Source: Candidatus Omnitrophota bacterium
GTDB taxonomy: Bacteria; Omnitrophota; Gorgyraeia; 2-01-FULL-45-10
DNA: 64,000 bases
Direction: 5' to 3'
NCBI GenBank assembly: GCA_043798375.1
Contig: JAZDOS010000042.1
Coordinates: 5,037-69,036 of the forward strand
Positions 31,101 through 39,352 of the stretch are shown here, piece after piece. The notes under the pieces were generated by a model, which had not been told where the DNA came from, ran no database searches, and worked only from the letters and a program-made list of their open reading frames with translations. The stretch's first letter is position 1; every line of letters starts with the position of its first letter. Made by a program: the position numbers and the translations under genes.

Positions 31101-34066
31101 TTACCCTGTCGGAAAGCGATTTGAAAAAATTGCGGCGCGGCGCCTATGATCCCGAGCTGAATAAAAGAGTGAGCCATGCTTACCTTGAATCGTATAAGAA
31201 ACTATTTTCGCTGGGTTATAAGGACGAGGCGGGCCTTGATGAAAATATTCTGGCTAACCTGCGTCAATTGTCGCACCATCAGGCTAACGCGATAAAATTG
31301 AGCCGCGTCTTCGACGCGTGGCTCACTGTGGCTGAAGAGATGCGGCAGTGGTCGGGCGCGATAGAGAAAAGGTTCCCGCGGCCCATAGAAACTCCGCCTG
31401 AAAAACGCGTGGTAATGCTCATATCGGGCGGCGAATCGCCGGGGGTGAACGATTACTTCTCGCTTATGGCAAAGTCGCTCGCGAAGCAGGGCTGCTCCGT
31501 GGAGGCCGTGAGATTCGGGTTGGACGGGCTTGTCCGGGCCAGTGTAGAATTCGACGGAAATCGCGTATGGATCGACTGGGGTAAATCCGAGAATATACTG
31601 CACGCGCCGGGCGCTTTTGAAGGGACCGCGAGGGTAAGGCTCGATGACGCGGGCATGCAGGCCCTGTTGGATAATCTGAAAAGTTATTGTAAAACGCTCG
31701 TCGTCATCGGCGGAAATGACCATCTGGGCGAAGCGGAAAAGATAGCGAAACGGTTAAAATCCGAAGATTCCGATATGGCCGTAGTGGCGCTTCCTAAGAC
31801 GATAGACCGCGATACGAAAATTTATCCGATCGGCGCCGATACCGCCGCCCGGAACGCCAACAAACTGGTTTTGCGCGCGGCGGCCCTGCCGGGATCCGGC
31901 AAGTGCGTTGTCGTCCAGATGATGGGCCGCGACATGGGCTATTTCGCGGTAAGGGCGGGAGATATGAAGCCGAAGGTTCGGGACGGTTATACCGACGCCG
32001 AGATAAATAAGATGGATATTGTCCGGCCCACCGTCGCAACGCTCGTGCCAAATAAGCCGGTACCGCTTTCGGATGTAATTGACGCGGTCAGGGTAAGGAT
32101 GAAGAAATACGGCGCCGCGACGCTCGTCATATCGGAAGGATTCAGGCTTTCCAGGATCACAAGGGACTCGTCCGGAGTTTTTAAATGCGATAGCGATAAA
32201 TTGCTGGAGGGCGCCCTCGAGGATAAATTATTATCGGCAAAACTCGCGAACCTCTCTACCGATGAGCAGGGGAACCCTAATCTCAGCGGACTGGTTGTGG
32301 CGGACTTTCTCGCGGAAGTCCTCGCCCGGGACGAAGAATTAAAATTGATAAGGGAAGAGAACCTGTTGCTTGAAAACCCGAATTACAGCTTCAGGGCTTC
32401 CGCGCCAAACAGCCTTGACCGCGCCGTCGCGGATAAAGCGATCGACTTAGCGAGCCGCGTAATATCAGATCCGGACGAACGCGCGAAGGCAATAAATGCG
32501 GGCGGTGTATGTATCGCCGCAAAGAGGACCGTTTCCAAAGCGGAAGACGTCGAAGTGTCTGTCATACCTTTATCCGAGGCGACAGGAAAGGTAGGCCTTG
32601 ATGACAGCGGCCTCTATACGGATGAGGAATTGTCCGAAAGAAACGTTATCGGATATGCCTCGCCGACAGATAACCTTCCCGATATGCCCGAAACCGAAAG
32701 CCCCGCGCATCCAGCCGGTTATAATAGAGAACATGCCATCATGTGGTTAAATTCCCAGGCGGAATCCGCGAGCGAGATGCAGGCAAAAAGGGGTGATGGC
32801 TGGAGAAGGCCGAATATATGCGTTATCGCCAGGCCGGACGCCGACGATATCATATCGGACCTGAAATACAGAAAGGCCGTATCCAGGGCCGATGAGTACA
32901 TAATGGAGAGGATAGGGAAAGCGACCGTATATATCCCCGCGCTCGAGCCCGTATCTCTATTGGCCATAATAAGGAAGTCGTATGAAGCCTACAATAACTA
33001 TCATATGCTCAATTTGGTGCTGGCGGGGAATATCGAGATCGATAAAAACGACGCTCTGCTGGCAAGATTAATGGAGAACCCTTCCACTAAAGACGCGTGC
33101 GGGGCTATTGTCGGCGGCGCCAGGCATTCCGGAGGAGACAGGTTGATATTCGGAAGAAGGCTCGCGGATCTTATTTCGATGGTTCTTTCTTCGTCCGAAT
33201 CCGTCGCGGCGCTCGCGGCGTTCGGCGAAAAGGCGGGATCGCCCATGACCGATATAAGGACCAATATTCTCGGGGAATCGCTGAACTTATTGCCCGGCGA
33301 GAACGGCCAGCGCATTAAGGCGATCGCCGCTTCTGTTACCGGGGCTATGCCTCAAGCCGAACCGGCGGTTGTAATGAGCGATGACGATATTAACGCTGTG
33401 GTAGAAGCATCCTCCGACGCGGGCGAAGACGCCAGGAAGGCCGCGGAGGCCGAATTCCCCGGCGAAATGCACCTTGTATTCGTCAGGAAGGCGATCCCCG
33501 ATATTCAGCAATCGACTACAATCGCGATGAACGTCTTAAATCTCTGCAGGGAATATTACGCGGATAAACTCGAAGGTTATACCGTTGATATCGTCGACGA
33601 TCACAAGGCCGCCATGGAGCTTCTCGCGAGAAATCCCAACTGGTCCAGGAATGATACAATAATAGGGCTTGTCGATAAGGAAAGCCTTGAAGAGCTGGCA
33701 GGTGAGCTTGAAGCCGGCAATATGACGGATAAGGCAAAGATATTATCGATGCAGAAGGCGGATGACGGCCAGTTTGTTCCCATCAAGCCGTTTTTTGACC
33801 TCATGGCAGCTATCGTGAGGATCAATAGGCCTCTCGACAGGGTGGAAGACAGGGATCTCATCGATTATATCAAAGAGCTGTTAATAAAGATCGGAACCAG
33901 GGATATAGACAGGCTTACCGAAGTCCTTGCCTCTGCCGACTTCCACGATCCTATCCGATTTGCCAGGGACTTTATTATAAGGCTGCTGCCTCCGGCAAGA
34001 AAATTCGACACGACAACGCTGAAAAAACTCTACCAGGCCTCCAAGCTCGTCGTCGAGTCGCTGTAA
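28145..34066 (+). CDS. Giant exported protein (1973 aa): signal peptide, HExxH, alpha-glucan phosphorylase/glycogen synthase-like GT-B domain, phosphofructokinase domain, C-terminal domain
   Basis: Signal-like MRKYRIIINTLAWLVIISQAFTLSPVYA (start TTG 28145 or ATG 28157); HELLH (28976); GGGLGRV (29570), FNDGQ, THT, GVS, ITNG, EAAGYT; SGGESPG (31424), GTAR, IGGNDH, LPKTIDRD, MMGR. Confidence 0.9.
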   Translation: MNNIMRKYRIIINTLAWLVIISQAFTLSPVYADSLATPKLTHPDANQARAISNLAEFEVCYGERLLYKGEKLSSVNSVLKNRFLDRKKVYLNEPSILVRENLKLGQVEFISYDREKQAGVFRFKGKPDNLYTVALIPRQGKYSITLHKNSSGSASQSLAKTTDSQDEPLTGHGFSVEDVNKVKLTAWSESGAFRKVMDELEDILKARAPDNLKELLFYTLSAFKEGRDGRQLGYTPARYKDPAHYYLGFGTSRSICLASEFLDEESPLSKFAAEELFHELLHAAMDISKDDSYIESETANHITSLRLAAQFFWGLPEEEALSLSPNMLEHHSRNSLGDAIRLWKTEQQDIRDAVLNNKPLELKKMLVDALKRIGNNPSKLFDILAVCDAASDEMKRHPIQSRYPLLMAVTLLNRKQKLQLVKAVKQGGDAIADLKIADSVLLMLEKKVRPDWLGHQAPNLKGRTVWQVASEIWNPGGGLGRVMQFEAFSFRDMLGQCAGDVRLRTIEPHYAYGKDGVPLDYDKILGAYEGKEENRLKEVDTFEVTVGDETAIAVCSRALNQHGIESYIIKLLKRGADGSLSPYYTEGMYLYRGAEAPAAVPIEDFSAFFSAASLELVARIEAGEKKASEEASSFWNYPVVYFNDGQLGLAPLFRRAFEHFSNNPILKEALVAYKTHTYPNRVFFDVREKNGDEGYGIKVLKRFGIPEKYWEYFTHVIGEELSQETREVADFTSAGLRSADWQAGVSAKQADDVSMYDDWGKWKDFFELVAITNGDYLPITESRFAEAAREALAAADIESLTPMQVFVANRRAKENLNAFLIKRLGDKYIFGISPDKPVLSYSGRGVDEKAGRNRALSNSNIITLVKMGVQVVIGFNVQSEKHNRDELDKLAEELREAKSKDPDGYPGNFIFVPDSDIEIQRLILAASDAQVQDSDPRTEAAGYTESNIKRCAGLQIAPPWPEGILQAGIPFNFNKLGEGATIIPEITLSESDLKKLRRGAYDPELNKRVSHAYLESYKKLFSLGYKDEAGLDENILANLRQLSHHQANAIKLSRVFDAWLTVAEEMRQWSGAIEKRFPRPIETPPEKRVVMLISGGESPGVNDYFSLMAKSLAKQGCSVEAVRFGLDGLVRASVEFDGNRVWIDWGKSENILHAPGAFEGTARVRLDDAGMQALLDNLKSYCKTLVVIGGNDHLGEAEKIAKRLKSEDSDMAVVALPKTIDRDTKIYPIGADTAARNANKLVLRAAALPGSGKCVVVQMMGRDMGYFAVRAGDMKPKVRDGYTDAEINKMDIVRPTVATLVPNKPVPLSDVIDAVRVRMKKYGAATLVISEGFRLSRITRDSSGVFKCDSDKLLEGALEDKLLSAKLANLSTDEQGNPNLSGLVVADFLAEVLARDEELKLIREENLLLENPNYSFRASAPNSLDRAVADKAIDLASRVISDPDERAKAINAGGVCIAAKRTVSKAEDVEVSVIPLSEATGKVGLDDSGLYTDEELSERNVIGYASPTDNLPDMPETESPAHPAGYNREHAIMWLNSQAESASEMQAKRGDGWRRPNICVIARPDADDIISDLKYRKAVSRADEYIMERIGKATVYIPALEPVSLLAIIRKSYEAYNNYHMLNLVLAGNIEIDKNDALLARLMENPSTKDACGAIVGGARHSGGDRLIFGRRLADLISMVLSSSESVAALAAFGEKAGSPMTDIRTNILGESLNLLPGENGQRIKAIAASVTGAMPQAEPAVVMSDDDINAVVEASSDAGEDARKAAEAEFPGEMHLVFVRKAIPDIQQSTTIAMNVLNLCREYYADKLEGYTVDIVDDHKAAMELLARNPNWSRNDTIIGLVDKESLEELAGELEAGNMTDKAKILSMQKADDGQFVPIKPFFDLMAAIVRINRPLDRVEDRDLIDYIKELLIKIGTRDIDRLTEVLASADFHDPIRFARDFIIRLLPPARKFDTTTLKKLYQASKLVVESL

Positions 34067-34093
34067 TCCCAAGAAAACAGGCACCTTTTGTTC

Positions 34094-34122
34094 TTGACGG
34101 AAAATAAGCGTTATGATAATCT
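34094..34122 (+). promoter_or_regulatory. Putative sigma70 promoter for the carbohydrate locus
   Basis: TTGACG (34094-34099), 17-bp spacer, TGn-TAATCT (34117-34122), just upstream of ATG 34134. Confidence 0.5.
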
Positions 34123-34133
34123 AAATCTTCATT

Positions 34134-35162
34134 ATGAAAACGCTAAGAGTCGGCATAATCGGCTGCGGGACGATATTCCCGATGCACGCCCGGTCGCTTA
34201 ACAATATAAAGAATGTGAAGCTTACCGCAGTCTGTGATATTAAGGAGCCGAGGGCGAAGGCCGCGGCCCGCGCTTATAGATGTAATTATTATACAAATTA
34301 TAAGAAAATGCTGGATGAGGCTGATCTTGATGCCGTCCACATCTGTACCCCGCACTACCTCCACATGCCGATGGTCCTCGAAGCCGCCAAGCGAAAGATC
34401 GACATTCTTACCGAGAAACCGATGGGGCTTAACCCGGCCGAAGGCCAGAAGGAGATAGGCGCCGCCAAAAGGACAGGCGTAACCTTCAGCGTGATCTCGC
34501 AAAATAGGTTCAATCCCGGCTCCCAACTTGTGAAAAACAGAATTAAAGACGGCTCGCTCGGGAAATTGAAAGCCGCAAAACTCGTCCTCACCTACCATAA
34601 GCCCGACAGTTATTATAAAAAGAGCGACTGGAAGGGGCGCAAAGATTTAGAAGGCGGCGGCGTAGTCATTGATCAGGCAATCCACTATCTTGATATAGTC
34701 AGATGGCTAATTCCGAGCCCCATCGATTACGTCGAGGCGAAGGTTTCAAGCCGCATGCATTCATTCGTAAACGTCGAAGATACGGCCGAAGGCGTGATGA
34801 AATTTAAAAACGGGTTTTATCTTTGTTTTTATCTCATCAATTGTTACTCGTTCGACGACGATCCTTTTATCGACATGGACTGCGAAAAGGCGAGGGTGCG
34901 CATAGTGAAGGACTCGGCATACATAGGATATTACAGCGGTAAGAATGAGAGTGCACGGCCGCGAGACGACGAATATATAGATTACGGCGACGGTGTCCGC
35001 GACTATTGGGGATATTGCCATTATAATCAGATCAGGGATTTCTATGATGCTATCCGCAAGCGCCGAAAGCCCGCGATAACGGGTGAAGACGCTCTGAAGA
35101 CGCAGAAACTCGTGTGGGCGATCTACGAATCCTCGAAGCGCAATAAGCGCGTGTATTTCTAA
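34134..35162 (+). CDS. Gfo/Idh/MocA family NAD(P)-dependent oxidoreductase
   Basis: VGIIGCGTI Rossmann motif, ICTPHYLH, EKPM, GGGVVIDQAIH. Confidence 0.93.
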   Translation: MKTLRVGIIGCGTIFPMHARSLNNIKNVKLTAVCDIKEPRAKAAARAYRCNYYTNYKKMLDEADLDAVHICTPHYLHMPMVLEAAKRKIDILTEKPMGLNPAEGQKEIGAAKRTGVTFSVISQNRFNPGSQLVKNRIKDGSLGKLKAAKLVLTYHKPDSYYKKSDWKGRKDLEGGGVVIDQAIHYLDIVRWLIPSPIDYVEAKVSSRMHSFVNVEDTAEGVMKFKNGFYLCFYLINCYSFDDDPFIDMDCEKARVRIVKDSAYIGYYSGKNESARPRDDEYIDYGDGVRDYWGYCHYNQIRDFYDAIRKRRKPAITGEDALKTQKLVWAIYESSKRNKRVYF

Positions 35163-35199
35163 CCTGCCAATTCTAACCAGGTTAGAATATGGGGGGTTA

Positions 35200-35280
35200 G
35201 AATATGATGAAGAACTGTTAAGCAATGCCGAAGAAATAGCGAAAATGTTATCGGGTCTGATTAATTCTTTACAAAGATAA
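35200..35280 (+). pseudogene. Remnant C-terminal helix of a four-helix-bundle gene
   Basis: Translates as EYDEELLSNAEEIAKMLSGLINSLQR*, typical of this family's last helix. There is no in-frame start or N-terminal part, and degenerate 7-mer repeats follow (~35302-35343). Confidence 0.65.
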
Positions 35281-35359
35281 CTTTGTTTGGTATTATTTTT
35301 TCTTTAACCTATAAGCTTTGAACTATTAGCTATAAACTAAACGCGTAACGGAGAATAGT

Positions 35360-36409
35360 ATGGCGGTTGTTAGAGTAGCAGTAATCGGCTGCGGTAAGAT
35401 AGCGGAGCGCGCAAGCTTACCGAATCTGGTGAATTACAAGGAAAAGGTTGAGGTAAAGGCCCTCTGCGATATAGAGGAAGCGAAAGCAAAAAATTTAAAA
35501 GAACGGTTCGAAATTTCGGGCGCCGATATAGTCAAAGACTGGAAGAAGGTCGTGACAAGGCATGATATCGACGCTATTTTTGTCGATACGCCGAACTATC
35601 TTCATGAAGAGATGGCGATAGGAGCGGCGAATAACAAGAAACATGTCCTTGTCGAGAAACCCATTTCGATTACAGCTAAGGCCGCGGACAACATGGTCAA
35701 GGCCGCGAAGAAGACGGGCGTATATCTTATGGTAGAGCAGACCCAGAGGTTCGACCCGGTCCACCAGGCGGCGAAGAAGATCCTCGATTCCGGAATGCTG
35801 GGCAAGATCCACAATATCAGGGGGCGTATCGGCCACGCCGGGCCGGAATACTGGTCCGAAGGCAAAGCCCACTGGTTCTACGACAAGAAAAAGTCGGGCG
35901 GCGGCGCGATGATCGATATAGGCGTGCACATAACCGACCTTATAAGATGGTTCGCGAATAAGAAGATCGCCGAAGTATTCGCGACCATAAGAACGATAGA
36001 GAAGAAAGTGCCCGTAGACGATAACGCGACCGTCCTATTCAAATTTGAAGACGGCTCCAAGGGCGAGATCGAATGCAGTTGGACGACGAGGCCGTATGAA
36101 GTGTTGACCTTCGTCTACGGCAGTAAGGGCAAGATGATGACGGCGATCGGCACGGAGAAACCCGTTAAAGTTGTGATCGCCAGGACCGGCAAGGGCGAAG
36201 ATCCGAACTGCGCGCTGGAGGATATCTATCCGGAAATCGGATCGGGAAGCGGCTGGGAGAACGCCGTCCATTATTTTATCGATTGCGTTATTAACAAAGA
36301 GAAGCCTTTCGTCTCAGGCGTTGAGGGAAGAGAGACGATGCGCGTGATTAACGCGGCGTATGAGTCAAATGATAAAGGAAAGTGGATTAAAGTAATTAGT
36401 AAAGAGTAA
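35360..36409 (+). CDS. Gfo/Idh/MocA family oxidoreductase
   Basis: VAVIGCGKIA, DTPNYLH, EKPI, SGGGAMIDIGVH. Confidence 0.93.
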   Translation: MAVVRVAVIGCGKIAERASLPNLVNYKEKVEVKALCDIEEAKAKNLKERFEISGADIVKDWKKVVTRHDIDAIFVDTPNYLHEEMAIGAANNKKHVLVEKPISITAKAADNMVKAAKKTGVYLMVEQTQRFDPVHQAAKKILDSGMLGKIHNIRGRIGHAGPEYWSEGKAHWFYDKKKSGGGAMIDIGVHITDLIRWFANKKIAEVFATIRTIEKKVPVDDNATVLFKFEDGSKGEIECSWTTRPYEVLTFVYGSKGKMMTAIGTEKPVKVVIARTGKGEDPNCALEDIYPEIGSGSGWENAVHYFIDCVINKEKPFVSGVEGRETMRVINAAYESNDKGKWIKVISKE

Positions 36410-36500
36410 TGAGTAAAGAGTAAGTTGTGCCGCCTTTTAATTACTCATTACTCATTACTCATTACTCATTACTCATTACGCATTACTCATTACTAATTAC
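36391..36500. repeat. Inverted heptamer tandem array (GAGTAAW)n ... (TTACTCA)n
   Basis: About 4-5 left units overlap the upstream gene end, followed by about 8-9 complementary right units. Confidence 0.9.
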
Positions 36501-36526
36501 GAATCGCGTATTTTTAAGAGGACTTA

Positions 36527-37345
36527 ATGAAACTCGGACTATGCACGTGGTCATACAACAGGACATTTAAAGCGGGCAGGATGGATCTTGAGAAGCTTCT
36601 CCATATGTGCGCCGATGACTTGAAAGCCGGCGGCGTCGACATCATAGATATCCATTTCAGGAACGGAGATAATGTCGACAAACTTCTTGAGGACATGGAT
36701 TACCTCCTTAAGATAAAAAAGCTTGCCGCTGACCTCGCGATTACGATATCCGCGGTATCGCCGGGCAACAGCTTCGGGAAAGATAACCTCAAGGATGAGA
36801 AGGCAGAGGTAGACAAGATAAACAGATGGACCGACGTTGCCTATATCCTCGGCGCGCCGAATTTAAGGATATTTGCCGGATGGGCGCCGAAAGAGAAACA
36901 CGCCGAACTCTGGCCAAAAGTCGTAAATAGCGTCAAAGCTTGCGCCGCCTATGGCGCTAAAAAAGGCGTTGTGATGGCGGTAGAATCTCATAACGGCGGC
37001 GGATACCTCCCGACGTCGGTCGAAACGCACAAGCTTCTCGAAGACGTCGGCTCGCCGTGGGTCAGGCTGAATCTCGACACCGGCAACTACCGGGACCCGG
37101 ATATGTACGCGGCATTGAAAAAGTCTATCGCCTGCGCCACGCACATGCACTGCAAGATCCATAAGCTGTCGAAGGACGGAAAAGAGCTCGAATTCGATTT
37201 CGATAAAATCTTCAAGATTCTTAAAGACGCGAACTGGCGCGGTTTTTTCAACATCGAATACGAAGGAAAAGAGGATGAACTCGAATACGTCCCGAAATCC
37301 TTCGCGATGGTGCGGCAGTTTATGAAGAAGTACGAAATGTTCTAG
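36527..37345 (+). CDS. Sugar phosphate isomerase/epimerase (xylose isomerase-like TIM barrel)
   Basis: MAVESH, LNLDTGN, HMHCK, NIEYEG metal-ligand pattern. Confidence 0.9.
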   Translation: MKLGLCTWSYNRTFKAGRMDLEKLLHMCADDLKAGGVDIIDIHFRNGDNVDKLLEDMDYLLKIKKLAADLAITISAVSPGNSFGKDNLKDEKAEVDKINRWTDVAYILGAPNLRIFAGWAPKEKHAELWPKVVNSVKACAAYGAKKGVVMAVESHNGGGYLPTSVETHKLLEDVGSPWVRLNLDTGNYRDPDMYAALKKSIACATHMHCKIHKLSKDGKELEFDFDKIFKILKDANWRGFFNIEYEGKEDELEYVPKSFAMVRQFMKKYEMF

Positions 37346-37360
37346 CGTATAACCATATTT

Positions 37361-37396
37361 GACCGACGCGGTCGGCGTACGCCGACCGCGTCGGTC
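37361..37396. repeat. Perfect 36-bp GC-rich nested palindrome
   Basis: gaccgacgcggtcggcgt|acgccgaccgcgtcggtc. Confidence 0.9.
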
Positions 37397-37409
37397 GGCT
37401 AATGTCCAT

Positions 37410-38324
37410 ATGAAGAAAAAAAGGCCGGGATTTTTCGCGAAACTCAACGAACAGAAGATGTCCTATGTCTTCGTCGCCCCAGCGGTGCTTCTTTTCCTCA
37501 TCTTTGTTTTAGGCCCCCTGATAGCTTCATTCTACTGGTCGTTCACCGAATACGACGGCATACACGCGCCGGTTTGGGTGGGCCTGGCCAATTACAAGGC
37601 GATATTTTTTAACGACCCGCGTTTCTGGAAGGCGGTACGCAATACAGTTTTCTACACTGTGGGCGTGATACCGCCCGGCGTGGCGCTATCGCTTCTCCTT
37701 GCGATAGCCGTCGATCAGCAGATAAAAGGCAAGAATTTATTCCGTATGATATATTTTATACCTTCTGTCACGTCGGTCATCGCGATTTCGGTAATATGGA
37801 AATGGCTCTTCGCCGGGGAGAAGTACGGCCTCATCAATTATTTTCTGATATTGATCGGCCTGAAACCGGTGGACTGGTTGATGAGCCCCACCTTTACGCT
37901 TCCCGCCATCATGATAATGTCGATATGGGCCGGATTGGGCTACAATATGATACTCTTTTTGGCGGGCCTGCAGACTATACCCGCGACGGTTTACGAGGCG
38001 GCCGATATAGACGGCGCGAACGTCTGGGATAAATTCTGGAATATAACCCTTCCGCTTTTAAAACCTACGATGGTATTCGTCGTCATAATGGGGTTCATCG
38101 TTTCATTCCAGGTATTCGAACAGATTTACATAATGACGGAATCGGAATTCGGCATAGGCGGCGTCCTCGATTCGGCGCTGACCGTAGTGGCCTACCTTTA
38201 CGACATGGGATTCAGGAAGTTCCAGATGGGGTACGCCTCCGCGTTGGGTTATATCGTGTTCATAGTGGTATTCATAATAACGATAATCAACATAAGGTTT
38301 GTAAAAACGAAGGTTGATTATTAG
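37410..38324 (+). CDS. Carbohydrate ABC transporter permease (MalF/UgpA type)
   Basis: EAA loop YEAADIDGANVW; GYASALGY. Start moved to ATG 37410 because the longer ORF reads through the palindrome. Confidence 0.93.
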   Translation: MKKKRPGFFAKLNEQKMSYVFVAPAVLLFLIFVLGPLIASFYWSFTEYDGIHAPVWVGLANYKAIFFNDPRFWKAVRNTVFYTVGVIPPGVALSLLLAIAVDQQIKGKNLFRMIYFIPSVTSVIAISVIWKWLFAGEKYGLINYFLILIGLKPVDWLMSPTFTLPAIMIMSIWAGLGYNMILFLAGLQTIPATVYEAADIDGANVWDKFWNITLPLLKPTMVFVVIMGFIVSFQVFEQIYIMTESEFGIGGVLDSALTVVAYLYDMGFRKFQMGYASALGYIVFIVVFIITIINIRFVKTKVDY

Positions 38325-38374
38325 TTCTGAAAATGCTATACTTTCAAAACATTTATAAAGAAAGGAAGGAAGAC

Positions 38375-39316
38375 ATGAAAACGGATAAGTATCCTATATG
38401 TAAACGGTTTGAGGGCAATCCCATCCTGACAGGCAGGGATTTTCCGCCTGAGGCCGATATTAAAAATGTTTTTAATTCCGGCATCGTGAAATACAATGAT
38501 ATTTATCTCATGGTTTGCCGGGTGGAAAACTCCGCTTTGCTTGACCGTTTTTGGATCGCGGAAAGCTCCGACGGCTATCATTTTAAACCGCGGCCGAAGC
38601 CGGTGGATATGCCCCACGACGATCCGATGTTTAAGAAATATGCCGACTGCATGTATTATGATCCGCGCGTGACAAGGATCGGGGATGTATATTATATGGT
38701 CCATGCCGCGCACTCAGGCCACACCTGCCGGCTAAGCCTGGTGAAAACGGAGGACTTTAAGAAATTTCAATGGATGGGCTTTATTTCCGAAACGGATAAC
38801 CGCAATGGGGTGCTTTTCCCGGAGAAGATCAACGGGTTGTACGCGCGCCTTGACCGGCCCAATACCGGGGCCGATACGGGAGATATCTGGGTGTCTTATT
38901 CTCCGGATCTGATCTTTTGGGGAAAGAGTGAATGCGTGTTCAGGAACTGGGAGGGGATCCGCTGGGCCTGGACAAAAATCGGGCCGGGAGCCGCTCCTAT
39001 CAAAACACCCGAGGGATGGTTGAATATTTTTCACGGAGTGCGCACTCAATGCAAATCGCATTTTGTTTATCAATTGGGTGTTTGCCTTCTGGATTTGAAG
39101 GATCCGTCAAAAGTCAAGGCTATGTCTGAAGACGCGATCCTGATTCCCGAAGAGCTTTACGAACTTGTGGGGCAGACTCCCAGCGTGGTCTTTACCTGCG
39201 GCGCTGTGCTGGAGGATAACGGCGAGGTCAAGCTTTATTACGGCGGCGCCGATACGGTTCAATGCGTGGCCATCACAAGCCTGGAGCGGCTTATCGACGC
39301 GTGTTATAATCGTTAA
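38375..39316 (+). CDS. GH130 beta-mannoside phosphorylase/hydrolase
   Basis: GNPIL, VFNSG, YDPRV, NRNGVLFPEKING, KIGPGAAP, YYGGADT; RBS aaggaagg before ATG 38375. Confidence 0.92.
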   Translation: MKTDKYPICKRFEGNPILTGRDFPPEADIKNVFNSGIVKYNDIYLMVCRVENSALLDRFWIAESSDGYHFKPRPKPVDMPHDDPMFKKYADCMYYDPRVTRIGDVYYMVHAAHSGHTCRLSLVKTEDFKKFQWMGFISETDNRNGVLFPEKINGLYARLDRPNTGADTGDIWVSYSPDLIFWGKSECVFRNWEGIRWAWTKIGPGAAPIKTPEGWLNIFHGVRTQCKSHFVYQLGVCLLDLKDPSKVKAMSEDAILIPEELYELVGQTPSVVFTCGAVLEDNGEVKLYYGGADTVQCVAITSLERLIDACYNR

Positions 39317-39352
39317 GATTAATCTGTAAAAAAGGGAAATGGAGGCAATAGA

